From NCBI GenBank assembly GCA_050486305.1, contig JBJHDA010000001.1, positions 307,071-371,070 of the forward strand: a stretch of 64,000 bases of DNA, read 5' to 3'. The DNA comes from Candidatus Saccharimonadota bacterium (GTDB lineage Bacteria > Patescibacteriota > Saccharimonadia > Saccharimonadales > SLHW01). Position numbers and translations under genes: made by a program. The notes beneath the pieces are model-generated. The model had not been told where the DNA came from. It ran no database searches and saw only the letters and a program-made list of their open reading frames with translations. This document shows, piece after piece, positions 53,158-63,394 of this stretch. Each line of letters opens with the position of its first letter. The first letter of the stretch is position 1.

Positions 53158-53571
53158 CTATACCCTCCTTGCCTTTCTCGGACGGCAACCGCCATGCGGC
53201 ACGCCAGTCACATCGGTCAGAGTCTCTACTTGAATATTGTTGCCCTGCATTGCCCGGACAACTGCTTCTCGACCGAGTCCAATACCCTTCACAAATACGT
53301 CCACCTTGCTCATACCGTGTAGCTGCTTAACCGCCTCTGCAGCTTTGTCGGCTGCAACTTGCGCAGCATAAGCTGTTGATTTTTTACTGCCTCGAAACCC
53401 ACAGGCTCCAGCACTTGAGCTAACAAGGACTCCGCCAGACTGATCAGTAAAGGTTACGATTGTATTATTAAACGTTGCTAGCACATGAAGTTGCCCGTAC
53501 GGAACTGAGCGCTTCACTTTCTTTTTCTTCGTCTTCGCTTTTGGTGCGACTGCCTTCTTATCTTCACTCAT
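53158..53571 (-). CDS. rpsK: Ribosomal protein S11
   Basis: Conserved sequence (NNTIVTFTDQSG...PHGGCRPRKARRV). Confidence 0.97.
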   Translation of the reverse strand: MSEDKKAVAPKAKTKKKKVKRSVPYGQLHVLATFNNTIVTFTDQSGGVLVSSSAGACGFRGSKKSTAYAAQVAADKAAEAVKQLHGMSKVDVFVKGIGLGREAVVRAMQGNNIQVETLTDVTGVPHGGCRPRKARRV

Positions 53572-53597
53572 AAAATATTCTCTGCTTCCCTTCTACG

Positions 53598-53984
53598 CTA
53601 GGTTTTAGCGGGTGCCTTTTTCTTAGCTCCACCAACAGCAATTTTCTTGCCACGACGTGTTCTAGCATTTGTTCGAGTTCGTTGGCCACGTGCCGGTAAG
53701 CCGGCTTTGTGCCGAAGCCCACGGTAAGTACCGATATCCTTCAAGCGCTTTATATTTCCAGAAACAGCTCGCTGAAGATCACCTTCGACAGAATATGATT
53801 CATTAATACAATCTTGTATTTTAGATATCTCTGCATCCGTAAGGTCCTTTACCCGTACTGTTGGATCTATTTTTGTTTTAGCTAATATTTCACTGCTTGT
53901 TGTACGGCCTATTCCATAAACATACGTCAAAGCTATTTGTACTTGCTTTGCGTCAGGAATAACTACGCCAGATATACGAGCCAT
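53598..53984 (-). CDS. rpsM: Ribosomal protein S13
   Basis: Conserved sequence ([10 protein letters not shown]...YRGLRH). Confidence 0.97.
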   Translation of the reverse strand: MARISGVVIPDAKQVQIALTYVYGIGRTTSSEILAKTKIDPTVRVKDLTDAEISKIQDCINESYSVEGDLQRAVSGNIKRLKDIGTYRGLRHKAGLPARGQRTRTNARTRRGKKIAVGGAKKKAPAKT

Positions 53985-53987
53985 AAA

Positions 53988-54104
53988 CTACCCCTGCCTC
54001 TGCTTATGCTTTGGCTTAAACTTATTTATTACGTAAACCCGGCCTTTTCGGCGGACAATCTTGTCGTCAGGGCTGATTTTTTTAACGCTTGCACGCACTT
54101 TCAT
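53988..54104 (-). CDS. rpmJ: Ribosomal protein L36 (Cys-less form), absent from the ORF track
   Basis: Translated by hand as [38 protein letters not shown], with AAAGGAG upstream. Confidence 0.9.
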   Translation of the reverse strand: MKVRASVKKISPDDKIVRRKGRVYVINKFKPKHKQRQG

Positions 54105-54161
54105 GCGGATCATCTCCTTTTTCGCTTGTGATGACACACTGCTTAATTGAATTGATAAAAC

Positions 54162-54380
54162 TTATTTACGGAAGGTTATCCGACCCTTAGTAAGATCGTA
54201 AGGTGTCAATTCTACCTTCACGCTGTCTCCTGGCACAAGTCGGATATAATACTTCCTCATTTTACCAGCGACGTGAGCTATGATTTGATGGCCGTTCTCG
54301 AGCTCAACCCGAAACTGTGTTCCCGGTAATGCCTCAGTGATAACACCGTCTAACTCGATTACTTCCTTATTTTTAGCCAT
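54162..54380 (-). CDS. infA: Translation initiation factor IF-1
   Basis: Conserved S1-fold sequence ([20 protein letters not shown]). Confidence 0.97.
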   Translation of the reverse strand: MAKNKEVIELDGVITEALPGTQFRVELENGHQIIAHVAGKMRKYYIRLVPGDSVKVELTPYDLTKGRITFRK

Positions 54381-54437
54381 ACAAATATAACAAGGGTTGA
54401 TTATAACAGTAGTGTAAGCTGTCTGTAAAGTGTTTTA

Positions 54438-55964
54438 TTATTTTTTCTTCTCATTTTTATTTTTGTTGCGGAGTATACGTGTCTTTAGAGAAGTTTTTTT
54501 AGTAGATTTTTCGCTGTCTTTTGGCTGATCTTCACCTAGTTCACCGAAGAAATCAGGCTGTTCATACTGGTCATACGTGATCATCATTGCTCGAGATTCG
54601 ATCTTTCTCAGTGACTCAAGGGCAACAGCAACAAGAATCAAAATACTTGTGCCAGCGATGGCTAAGTTGTTGCCTAAAAACACTTCTCCGATGATTGGAA
54701 TTGTTGCAATAAGGCCGAGTGAAGTAGCGCCGAATAGCGTAAGACGGTTAACGACTTTCCCTAGGTACTTTTCAGTCTCTTTCCCGGGACGGATGTTTTC
54801 AATAAAGCCGCCTTGTTTTTGCAGATTTTCTGAAATTTCTTTTGCGTTAAACGTTATATTTGTATAGAAAAAAGTAAACGCAAAGACAAGCACGAAGTAC
54901 GTTATCGGATAAATATAAAATGTTAAACCACCTTCAATAAACGCCTGCGCAGTAGGAGGGGCAAACCACTCGGATAAGTTTGCGCCGATTGCTTGCCACT
55001 GCGGATTATCAGTTCCCAGCAAAAGCTGCCCTGCAAAACTAGGTATGCTCAAAAATGCAACTGCAAATATAATCGGTATAACCCCTGCTGTGATCATTTT
55101 TACAGGCAGGGTCGTTGTCACGCCGCCATAAGTACGGTTCCCTTGCACACGTTTTGCGTACTGGACCGTGAGGCGTTTAGCAGCCTCGTTAAGCTTTACG
55201 ACCAGTACAGTTAATATGAGTACGAATAAGGTGATTATCACGGCAACAATTAGTTGTGTCGTATTAATCGGCAATGAACGGCCAAACAGATCAAGTGAGT
55301 AGTTTTGATCAACTATTGAACCTCCTAGTGCTCTGATCGTCACCGGAAGTTCGCTTACGATGCTAGCGGTAATCAGAAGCGAGATACCGTTTCCGACGCC
55401 TTTTTCCGTAATTTGCTCACCCATCCACATCAATATCATTGAGCCAGCAGTCAGTGTGCTCACCATTAGTATCCATTGTGTGAGCCCGACGCCAGCAGAT
55501 ATATCTGTAACGGCAGTACCTTCAATTGAAGCAATCGCTTGGCGAAGTAAGAATATTGCCCCGACAGACTGAATAATCGCGAGCGGGAATGTCAACATCC
55601 TTGTATACTGGTTGATTTTCTTTCTGCCAAATTCACCTTCTTTGTTTAACTCTTCCAGCTTCGGGATTGCCCGAGTAAGCAACTGCATGATAATCGATGC
55701 ATTAATATAAGGAATGAGCCCAACGATCATAATCGAGAAGTTGGCCAATGCGCCACCCGATGCAAGATTTAAGAAGCTCAGAAACTGCGAACCGCCGCCA
55801 GCAGTTAGCACGGTATCTAGCAACTCACGCAACGTTACAGGGTCACTTACAGGGATTGGAATAACTGCCATGATCCGGAAAACCAAAATGATACCTAAAA
55901 CCGCTAATAGGCGATTTGTCATATCAGAGTTTCTCAATGACCTCCAGATAATTTTCCAGTTCAT
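54438..55964 (-). CDS. secY: Preprotein translocase subunit SecY with a ~45-aa charged C-terminal extension
   Basis: Ten-TM SecY pattern and its position after rplO. Confidence 0.95.
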   Translation of the reverse strand: MNWKIIWRSLRNSDMTNRLLAVLGIILVFRIMAVIPIPVSDPVTLRELLDTVLTAGGGSQFLSFLNLASGGALANFSIMIVGLIPYINASIIMQLLTRAIPKLEELNKEGEFGRKKINQYTRMLTFPLAIIQSVGAIFLLRQAIASIEGTAVTDISAGVGLTQWILMVSTLTAGSMILMWMGEQITEKGVGNGISLLITASIVSELPVTIRALGGSIVDQNYSLDLFGRSLPINTTQLIVAVIITLFVLILTVLVVKLNEAAKRLTVQYAKRVQGNRTYGGVTTTLPVKMITAGVIPIIFAVAFLSIPSFAGQLLLGTDNPQWQAIGANLSEWFAPPTAQAFIEGGLTFYIYPITYFVLVFAFTFFYTNITFNAKEISENLQKQGGFIENIRPGKETEKYLGKVVNRLTLFGATSLGLIATIPIIGEVFLGNNLAIAGTSILILVAVALESLRKIESRAMMITYDQYEQPDFFGELGEDQPKDSEKSTKKTSLKTRILRNKNKNEKKK

Positions 55965-56050
55965 GTGCTTACGTTTCCCTCACGTTTGTTTTAAATCTAG
56001 CTGTAAGTATAACGCATAGTGCCATTTGATTATAATGCGTCATTAGATTT

Positions 56051-56530
56051 TTATTTTTTGTCGTTCTTCGACTCTGTCTTTGCCTGGCGTTTTACCTGAG
56101 GTACCTGCGTATATGTACCTCCGGCTTTTTGCACGGCACTGACTGCAGACTCGGTTGCGCCTTGAAGCTTCACTGAAACTTTTTTTGACACTTCACCTTT
56201 GTTTATAAGCTTTACCCGTGTATACGGGCTTGAAACCAAACCAGCATCAAACAGGCTAAAATTATCTATCGTTTTTGCTTTTATGGAATCGAGTTGTCCT
56301 GTGTAGACATTATCTGTTTTCGCTCTGATTGAACGAAATCCAGGAAGCTTTGGTATTCGCTGAAGAAGCGGATTTTGTCCACCTTCAAAGCCAGGTTTTC
56401 TGCCACTACCAGCTCTCGCTCTTTGTCCTTTCGTGCCGCGACCAGCGGTTTTTCCGCGTCCAGCACTTATACCGCGACCAGCTCGTTTTGCTTTCTTTGC
56501 GGCGCTCAAGTTTAAGTCATTGTATTTCAT
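56051..56530 (-). CDS. rplO: Ribosomal protein L15
   Basis: Conserved Gly/Arg-rich N-terminus. It overlaps the rpsE stop by 4 nt, so no rpmD lies between them. Confidence 0.96.
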   Translation of the reverse strand: MKYNDLNLSAAKKAKRAGRGISAGRGKTAGRGTKGQRARAGSGRKPGFEGGQNPLLQRIPKLPGFRSIRAKTDNVYTGQLDSIKAKTIDNFSLFDAGLVSSPYTRVKLINKGEVSKKVSVKLQGATESAVSAVQKAGGTYTQVPQVKRQAKTESKNDKK

Positions 56531-57069
56531 TCTGAACTACCTTTCGCTTTTGTAGCCTTCTTTTCTTTCGGTCGAACCGTGGTTGTGATCCAATCTTTCT
56601 TCGGCTTTAGCTGCTTCAAGGCTTCAAGTACTGCGTACGAAATATTTACCTTATTTGACGATCCGAGCGATTTCGATAACACGTCACTAATACCGGCAAC
56701 TTCAAGAACAACACGTACCGCTCCACCAGCGATAATACCGGTTCCGGGCGATGCAGGTTTAATAAGTACATTGGCACCTGAAACCTTAGCTTCAACTTCG
56801 TGGGGTATCGTATGCTTATACAATGCGACTTTTACGATATTCTTCTTCGCTACATCAACCGCTTTGCTGATTGCAGTAGTTACGTCAGCACCTTTGGAAA
56901 CCCCAATACCAACACTACCCTTATGGTCTCCAACAACCACTAGAGCACGAAACCTAAAGCGACGTCCGCCCTTCACGACCCGTGCAACGCGGTCAATATT
57001 AATCACACGTTCATCAAACTGCTTTTCTTCTTTAATAAACTCTTTCTTGTTCGTTCGTTCTCTTTGCAT
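56527..57069 (-). CDS. rpsE: Ribosomal protein S5
   Basis: Conserved sequence (VINIDRVARVVKGGRRFRFRALVVVGD). Confidence 0.97.
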   Translation of the reverse strand: MQRERTNKKEFIKEEKQFDERVINIDRVARVVKGGRRFRFRALVVVGDHKGSVGIGVSKGADVTTAISKAVDVAKKNIVKVALYKHTIPHEVEAKVSGANVLIKPASPGTGIIAGGAVRVVLEVAGISDVLSKSLGSSNKVNISYAVLEALKQLKPKKDWITTTVRPKEKKATKAKGSSE

Positions 57070-57078
57070 AGCTATACC

Positions 57079-57438
57079 CTAAAACTCCAATCCCTCTGCA
57101 CGAGCAGCTTCTGCAAGCGCCTTAACTCTACCATGATATAAGCGACCATTTCGATCGAAAACAACAGTTTTAACATTCGCTTTTTTGGCTTTTTTGGCAA
57201 TCTCCTTACCAATCTCGCCCGCTTTGGTGCTCATTGAGCCATTCAGTTTTGCTCCATGACCAACAGTGGTTGCACTTGCGATCGTATGATGTGCCACATC
57301 GTCGATAAGTTGAGCAGATATATGTTTCTTACTAATAAAGACGGATAGCCGGGGCCGCTGAGTCGTACCTTGTATACGCGAACGAATGCGGAATTTCCGC
57401 TGAAATAAATTCTGATTTTTTTTCTGTAACCTATTCAT
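57079..57438 (-). CDS. rplR: Ribosomal protein L18
   Basis: Conserved sequence and operon position. Confidence 0.96.
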   Translation of the reverse strand: MNRLQKKNQNLFQRKFRIRSRIQGTTQRPRLSVFISKKHISAQLIDDVAHHTIASATTVGHGAKLNGSMSTKAGEIGKEIAKKAKKANVKTVVFDRNGRLYHGRVKALAEAARAEGLEF

Positions 57439-57448
57439 ATATCAACCT

Positions 57449-57988
57449 CTATGCTTCCTTACCGGACTTGCCGCTTTTACGTATAATTCTTTCTCCGACA
57501 TACTTAATGCCTTTACCCTTGTAAGGCTCTGGCTTTCTCAACGCTCTGATCTCTGCTGCGACCTGACCCACTTGTTGTTTATCAATACCGCTAACCGTAA
57601 TAATATTCTGTTCTACAGTTGCAGTTACACCAGTCGGCAACGCGTATTCTACGTCGTGTGAATACCCAAGACTAAACTTTAAGCCATTCCCTGATTGGGA
57701 GACCCGAAAACCGACTCCATTTATTTCAAGCTTTTTTTCAAATCCTTTTGTAACTCCAGTCACCATGTTGGCTACGAGTGTACGCAACAGTCCGTGTTTT
57801 GAGCGGTGCTCGGGAGCATCTGATGCACGCTCGACGATAATATTATTATCTGTTTGCCTTACCGTAATTCCCGGTAATGCTGCCTGAGACAACGAACCTT
57901 TCGGCCCATTGACAGTTATTGTCTCAGGGTCGACAGTAATTGTCACACCGCTTGGAATCTCAATCGGTAGTTTTCCTATTCGACTCAT
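57449..57988 (-). CDS. rplF: Ribosomal protein L6
   Basis: Conserved sequence (MSRIGKLPIEIP). Confidence 0.97.
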   Translation of the reverse strand: MSRIGKLPIEIPSGVTITVDPETITVNGPKGSLSQAALPGITVRQTDNNIIVERASDAPEHRSKHGLLRTLVANMVTGVTKGFEKKLEINGVGFRVSQSGNGLKFSLGYSHDVEYALPTGVTATVEQNIITVSGIDKQQVGQVAAEIRALRKPEPYKGKGIKYVGERIIRKSGKSGKEA

Positions 57989-58005
57989 ATTTAATATCTC
58001 CGTTT

Positions 58006-58416
58006 TTAATAAACCTTACAAATTAATTCACCACCAAGGCCAAGTTTTTTGGCTTCGTCACCAGTAACCATTCCTTTGCTCGTCGAAACAATCACGATGC
58101 CGCGCCCACGTTTTACCACAGGTATTGCATCTGACCCTGAATAGTATCGTCTGCCCGGTTTGCTCATCCGTGATATTTCGGTAATTCGTGGATTGCTCGT
58201 TGGGCTATTAATGACAATTTTCATCATTTTGCCAACAGGCGCAGATTCTACTTTAATGTCGTCAATAAACTTATTTTTTGCAAGTATACGAGCAACGGAT
58301 TCTTTCACCTTTGAGTGAGGGATAAACACTTCAGATTTGCGCACAGCTATTGCATTACGAATTCTCGTAAGCATATCAGCTATAGGATCGTTTAGTACTG
58401 TAGTAGTTTTTTTCAT
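58006..58416 (-). CDS. rpsH: Ribosomal protein S8
   Basis: Conserved sequence (DPIADMLTRIRNA). Confidence 0.97.
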   Translation of the reverse strand: MKKTTTVLNDPIADMLTRIRNAIAVRKSEVFIPHSKVKESVARILAKNKFIDDIKVESAPVGKMMKIVINSPTSNPRITEISRMSKPGRRYYSGSDAIPVVKRGRGIVIVSTSKGMVTGDEAKKLGLGGELICKVY

Positions 58417-58431
58417 AATTTATCCTCTCGT

Positions 58432-58701
58432 TTACCAGCTCGATTTAGTTACGCCGGGTATTTCGCCCTTACTTGCATGCTCACGGAAAGAAATCCTGGA
58501 GAGGCCAAACTGCCTCATGTATCCCTTTGATCGACCTGTCTGACTGCAGCGATTCGTTCGACGTGTTGGAGATGAATTACGTGGTAGCTTATGCAAAGCT
58601 TCATAATCACCAAGCTCTTTAAGCTCAGCACGCTTTTTGGCGTACTTATCAATCATTTTTTGGCGTTTTTTGTCTTTTACGATCATAGATTTTCTGGCCA
58701 T
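58432..58701 (-). CDS. rpsN: Ribosomal protein S14 (long, Cys-less form)
   Basis: The start is set at MARKSMIV, with AAGGAG upstream. The C-terminus is [11 protein letters not shown]. Confidence 0.93.
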   Translation of the reverse strand: MARKSMIVKDKKRQKMIDKYAKKRAELKELGDYEALHKLPRNSSPTRRTNRCSQTGRSKGYMRQFGLSRISFREHASKGEIPGVTKSSW

Positions 58702-58705
58702 GTGT

Positions 58706-59287
58706 TTACTCCTTGCCTTTCTTTTCAAATGGCATGCCAAACTTCTGCAAAAGTGCTTTTGCGTGTTCGGGCTGCTGACACTCTATAACAAACACAGCCT
58801 GCAAACCGTGCACTGTAGTTGTTTCTTCATACGTTAGCTCAGGGAACACTGATTGATCTGAGATGCCAATGCTGTAGTTGCCTGACTTATCAAACGCTTT
58901 AGTATTAACACCACGGAAGTCTCGCAGCCTTGGAAGAATTAGTGAGATTAACCTGTCAGTGAACTCATACATCCTATCACCACGCAAAGTCACCTTTAAC
59001 CCAATCTTGTTACCTTCACGAAGCTTAAATCCTGCTACAGCTTTTTTCGCAGGTATTTCGATCGGTTGCTGGCCAGTGATCTTCCTTAATGTATTAGATG
59101 CAACTTCAAGTAACTTCTTGTCATCCTTAGCCCGCCCAGCACCAACGTTGACCACAACTTTTTGCAGTTTCGGTACCTCGTTAATGTTCGACAAACCTAG
59201 TTCATCACGAAGTTCTGAACGAATTGACTCAAAGTACTTGGCTTTAAGACGTGGGGTATATGTATCAGTTTTTGATTTAGCAGTCAT
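58706..59287 (-). CDS. rplE: Ribosomal protein L5
   Basis: Conserved sequence and operon position. Confidence 0.97.
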   Translation of the reverse strand: MTAKSKTDTYTPRLKAKYFESIRSELRDELGLSNINEVPKLQKVVVNVGAGRAKDDKKLLEVASNTLRKITGQQPIEIPAKKAVAGFKLREGNKIGLKVTLRGDRMYEFTDRLISLILPRLRDFRGVNTKAFDKSGNYSIGISDQSVFPELTYEETTTVHGLQAVFVIECQQPEHAKALLQKFGMPFEKKGKE

Positions 59288-59640
59288 TATTCTATCTCCT
59301 TGCCCGATGGTCGTGCAATACGCGTTTTCTTGCCTTTTGCGTCAACCTTATAGCCAATCCTAACCGGCTTCTTCTTTTGGCCCTTTGCAGCAGGGTCAAC
59401 GATGCCAACTTTGCTTACGTTTATCGGTCGCGTCTCATCAATTATCCCACCTTGTGGGTGCTCACGGTTTGGCTTAACGTGCCGCTTTACAACGTTAACA
59501 CCTTCAACGGTAACAGCATTAATTTTCGGATGCGTCTTCGTAACCTTACCTGTTTTTCCTTTGTATTTACCGGAACGTACGACAACTGTATCGCCTTTTT
59601 TAAGCCGAATTTTATAAACAGTATTTTCGGTGTTACCCAT
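59287..59640 (-). CDS. rplX: Ribosomal protein L24
   Basis: KOW motif (KKGDTVVVRSGKYKGKTGKV). Confidence 0.96.
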   Translation of the reverse strand: MGNTENTVYKIRLKKGDTVVVRSGKYKGKTGKVTKTHPKINAVTVEGVNVVKRHVKPNREHPQGGIIDETRPINVSKVGIVDPAAKGQKKKPVRIGYKVDAKGKKTRIARPSGKEIE

Positions 59641-60008
59641 TAGAGTACCTCCGGTGCTAAGCTAATTATTTTTGTATAGCCCTGCTCGCGTAATTCTCGA
59701 GGGACAGGACCAAAAATTCGAGTTGCTTTCGGTTGCTTGTCTTCACCGATAATTACTGCTGAATTATCGTCAAAGGCGATAGTAGAGCCGTCTTTTCGAT
59801 GAATCTTGTCCTTTGTACGTACAATTACTGCACGGACGACTGACTTCTTCTTTACGCCGCCGCTCGGGCTAGCTTGTTTTACTGAAGCAACTATCACATC
59901 ACCGACTCGAGCATAACGACGCCGAGTACCACCAAGCACACGAATACAAAGCAACTCTCTTGCTCCAGAATTGTCACACACATTTACTCGTGATTCTTGC
60001 TGTATCAT
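59640..60008 (-). CDS. rplN: Ribosomal protein L14
   Basis: [16 protein letters not shown] conserved start. Confidence 0.98.
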   Translation of the reverse strand: MIQQESRVNVCDNSGARELLCIRVLGGTRRRYARVGDVIVASVKQASPSGGVKKKSVVRAVIVRTKDKIHRKDGSTIAFDDNSAVIIGEDKQPKATRIFGPVPRELREQGYTKIISLAPEVL

Positions 60009-60292
60009 TTCTCTTCCTCCGGCTGCTCTGGCGATGCCTCTTCATGCTTAATCGGCGCGCGACTTACAATTTTTGCCAGCGCAAATCGCTTTCGGCGGCT
60101 AATCGGCTTCGTCTCGACGATTTGTACCGTGTCGCCAATTGCAGCCTCATTTTTCTCGTCATGCGCGATAAACTTCTTCGTTACTGAATATTGCTTTTTA
60201 TAGACTGGGTGTGTTTTCCGATTCTCGACAGCAATAACAATCGTCTTATCGGCCTTATCAGATGACACAACACCAATGAAGGACTTAGCCAT
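60005..60292 (-). CDS. rpsQ: Ribosomal protein S17
   Basis: Conserved sequence ([16 protein letters not shown]). Confidence 0.96.
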   Translation of the reverse strand: MAKSFIGVVSSDKADKTIVIAVENRKTHPVYKKQYSVTKKFIAHDEKNEAAIGDTVQIVETKPISRRKRFALAKIVSRAPIKHEEASPEQPEEEK

Positions 60293-60491
60293 TACGTGTC
60301 TCCTTTACTAGTTGCTCGCTTAGGACGGTCATTACCCGTGCGAGATCTTTTCGTTTATGTCGAATAGCTCTGACGTTTTGCAGCTCACCCGTTCTTACGC
60401 GACGCTTCATATCAGCAAGTTCATCGCGAAGCTTGCTGCTTTCTTTGGTCAAATCCTCGGTCTTCATCTTTCGAAAGTCTGAAATCGTCAT
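60285..60491 (-). CDS. rpmC: Ribosomal protein L29
   Basis: Conserved sequence and operon position. Confidence 0.93.
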   Translation of the reverse strand: MTISDFRKMKTEDLTKESSKLRDELADMKRRVRTGELQNVRAIRHKRKDLARVMTVLSEQLVKETRNG

Positions 60492-60905
60492 CTATCTATC
60501 CTCCTTAACAATAAAGCGAGTCTTGATAGGGAGTTTGTGGGCCGCTAGGCGCATAGCCTCTCGGGCAACGTCTTCACTAACTCCTTGCATTTCAAATAAA
60601 ATCGTACCTGGCTTTACTCGAGCGACAAAAAATTCTGGGTTTCCTTTACCTGACCCCATTTTCGTACCGAGCGCTTTTCGGCTGACAGACAGGTGGGGGA
60701 AAATTCGAATCCAAATCTTTCCGCCACGCTTGATGTAACGTGTCATAGCCTGGCGCGCCGACTCGATCTGGCGACTTGTTATACGTTCATGGCCTTGCGA
60801 CTGCAGGGCGTAATTACCAAAAGATATATAGTTACCACTTGTAGCTGGGCCACGTACTCGTCCTTTGAAGACCTTGCGATGTTTTGTTCGTTTCGGCATT
60901 AACAT
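60492..60905 (-). CDS. rplP: Ribosomal protein L16
   Basis: The start is set at [16 protein letters not shown] overlap with the rpsC stop. Confidence 0.96.
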   Translation of the reverse strand: MLMPKRTKHRKVFKGRVRGPATSGNYISFGNYALQSQGHERITSRQIESARQAMTRYIKRGGKIWIRIFPHLSVSRKALGTKMGSGKGNPEFFVARVKPGTILFEMQGVSEDVAREAMRLAAHKLPIKTRFIVKEDR

Positions 60906-61537
60906 TATCGGGCCTCCCCTTTGTAGATCCATACCTTCACGCCGATTATGCCAGATCCTGGGTACTGTGCACGGGCAGCGTGGTAATCAACATCTGCGCG
61001 AACTGTATGCAGCGGCACACTACCTTCTACTGTCCGCTCCATGCGACTCATCTCTGCTCCGCCTAAACGACCAGCAACCTCAATGCGAATACCTTTTGCA
61101 CCTGCGCGCATAGTTGCAGCAGCTGCTTGTTTGGTCGCACGGCGAAAAGCAATTCGCTTTTCCAGCTGGTAGGCAATGTTTTCTGCTACAAGCTTTGCGT
61201 ATAGTTCTGGTTTCTTAAGTTCTTCAATGTTTACGCGTGCAGGGATTCCATAAATTTTTTCGATGGCAGACTTCAGCTCTTGGACGCCTGCACCGCCTCG
61301 CCCTATAACAACACCAGCCTTTGCTGTTTGAATAGTAACAGATACGAGGTTTGGAGATCGCTCAATATCGACTTTATTTATAGATGCTCGGGAGCCGAGT
61401 TTTTTATCGATGAGTTTTCGCACTTCAAGATCTTGAGTTAAAAACTTCGCATAATCGCGCTTGTCGGCGAACCATTTGCTCCGCCAGTTTTTATTAACCT
61501 GGAGGCGCATACTAATTGGATTAACTTTTTGCCCCAT
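60905..61537 (-). CDS. rpsC: Ribosomal protein S3
   Basis: [12 protein letters not shown] start and a KH domain. Confidence 0.98.
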   Translation of the reverse strand: MGQKVNPISMRLQVNKNWRSKWFADKRDYAKFLTQDLEVRKLIDKKLGSRASINKVDIERSPNLVSVTIQTAKAGVVIGRGGAGVQELKSAIEKIYGIPARVNIEELKKPELYAKLVAENIAYQLEKRIAFRRATKQAAAATMRAGAKGIRIEVAGRLGGAEMSRMERTVEGSVPLHTVRADVDYHAARAQYPGSGIIGVKVWIYKGEAR

Positions 61538-61923
61538 TATTTGGCCTCCTTATTTGCTGTTGCCTTAGTTGCTTTCTTCTTTGGCTGTCGTTTTTGTCCA
61601 TCAACAACAACTCGAATGTGTGACGATTTCATTTCGTACGGTAAAGCCATGCCACGCGCTGCAGGCCGATATCGTTTATATCGAGGACCTGGCGTTACAG
61701 TTATTTCAGTAATCGTAAGTGTCTCGGGTTTATAGTTGTGATTGTAGTCGGCATTCGCTGCAGCACTCTGAACTGCCTTTTTTACTGCAGTCGCAGACCG
61801 ACGAGGAGTATGCTCAAGGATAGTAACAGCATCCGACACACTTCGGCCCCGCACCAATGATGCAACAACGCCCACTTTCCGCGGAGCAATTCGAACTGAT
61901 TTTGCAATCGCAACCACAGACAT
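61537..61923 (-). CDS. rplV: Ribosomal protein L22
   Basis: Conserved sequence and operon position. Confidence 0.96.
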   Translation of the reverse strand: MSVVAIAKSVRIAPRKVGVVASLVRGRSVSDAVTILEHTPRRSATAVKKAVQSAAANADYNHNYKPETLTITEITVTPGPRYKRYRPAARGMALPYEMKSSHIRVVVDGQKRQPKKKATKATANKEAK

Positions 61924-62198
61924 TACTTGGCTCCTTTCGCGAGCTTGCCACCATGAGTACGGAACTTGCGCGTAGGGGCAAACTCTCCGAGCTTGTGCCC
62001 GACCATATTTTCAGTAATAAAAACCGGAACATGAACTTTCCCGTTGTGAACGGCAATTGTACGGCCAACAAACTCTGGAGGAATAGTGCTTGCACGGGCC
62101 CACGTCTTTACTATTGTCCGGTCATCGCTGCCAAGTGCTTCGATTTTCTTTGCTAACTTCGGATCTACAAAAGGTCCTTTTTTTAGTGATCGACTCAT
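61923..62198 (-). CDS. rpsS: Ribosomal protein S19
   Basis: [12 protein letters not shown] conserved start. Confidence 0.98.
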   Translation of the reverse strand: MSRSLKKGPFVDPKLAKKIEALGSDDRTIVKTWARASTIPPEFVGRTIAVHNGKVHVPVFITENMVGHKLGEFAPTRKFRTHGGKLAKGAK

Positions 62199-62207
62199 AT
62201 ACTTCTC

Positions 62208-63044
62208 CTACCTTCGTTTCGCTTCGTGCCGACTACGGATAATTGATTTATTTGTGCTTTTGCGCCGTCGAGTTCGATAGCCAAGCGTCTTTTGGCCCCA
62301 TGGTGTTACCGGGTTGCGGCCAACACCGTGTGAGCCACCATCACCTCCACCGTGTGGGTGATCAACAGCGTTCATAACAACACCTCTGACTGACGGCCTG
62401 CGACCCATCTTCCGACTTCGACCCGCTTTGCCTATCTTGATGTTTTTATGCTGCTCGTTACCAACTGCACCGAGACTTGCAGTACACGTCTTATGAACAG
62501 TTCGGACTTCACCGCTTGGTAGCTTAATTTGAACATTGTTACCTTCTTTGGCTACAAGTTGCGCACGAGCGCCTGCTGAACGAACAATTTGTGCACCACG
62601 TCCTGGCTGAAGCTCAATAGCGTGAATAATACTGCCAGCTGGAATTGAACTTAGCGGCAAACGATTCCCATGCTCAATATCAATTTCATCTCCACTGGCA
62701 ATCTTCATGCCTGTCTTCATCTTCGTAGAAGCTAGAACATAGTGATACGCACCGTCTTGATCTTTAATACGTGCGATTCGGGCACTACGATTCGGATCGT
62801 ATTCGATAGCTTCTATTGTTGCAACTGTTCCAGCAGGCAAAGAGAAATTAACGTTTCGATAAAACACTCGAGTACCACCGCCACGATGCCGTGTGGTAAT
62901 ACGCCCTTGATTATTTCGACCGCTGCGCTTTTTCTTTATTGTTACAAGCTTTTTAATCGGTTTGTTGTTGGTCACGCTCGATAAATCTTGCGTCGTCATG
63001 CCACGCTGGCCGGGAGTTGTTGGTTTGTATTGTCGAATTGCCAT
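62208..63044 (-). CDS. rplB: Ribosomal protein L2
   Basis: Conserved sequence (VDHPHGGGDG). Confidence 0.98.
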   Translation of the reverse strand: MAIRQYKPTTPGQRGMTTQDLSSVTNNKPIKKLVTIKKKRSGRNNQGRITTRHRGGGTRVFYRNVNFSLPAGTVATIEAIEYDPNRSARIARIKDQDGAYHYVLASTKMKTGMKIASGDEIDIEHGNRLPLSSIPAGSIIHAIELQPGRGAQIVRSAGARAQLVAKEGNNVQIKLPSGEVRTVHKTCTASLGAVGNEQHKNIKIGKAGRSRKMGRRPSVRGVVMNAVDHPHGGGDGGSHGVGRNPVTPWGQKTLGYRTRRRKSTNKSIIRSRHEAKRR

Positions 63045-63394
63045 TACTTTCTCCCTTTCTTAGCTGCCTTTTCGGCTTTCTCTTGTGCTTCATCAATCGC
63101 TGCAAAAACTGGTATATGATCTCCAGCCTTAATGGTAACGTAGGCTCGCTTTACATCATTTCGCTTGCCAAACGCAGCTCGGCCACGTTTATTGATCATA
63201 CGCTTAACTTTGCCCTTGGCGATAAGTATATTCACGCTAACTACGGTTACATTAAATTGTCCTTCTACCGCTTCTGCGATTTGCTGTTTATTGACATTTT
63301 TAGCTACCTCAAACACATAAACGTTTCTGTCTTTACTCAGATCGTATGCCTTTTCACTAACTCGTGGGGTTAATATGAACGTTGCGTTACTCAT
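63044..63394 (-). CDS. rplW: Ribosomal protein L23
   Basis: The start is set at an ATGA overlap with the rplD stop, with AGGAG 8 nt upstream. Confidence 0.93.
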   Translation of the reverse strand: MSNATFILTPRVSEKAYDLSKDRNVYVFEVAKNVNKQQIAEAVEGQFNVTVVSVNILIAKGKVKRMINKRGRAAFGKRNDVKRAYVTIKAGDHIPVFAAIDEAQEKAEKAAKKGRK

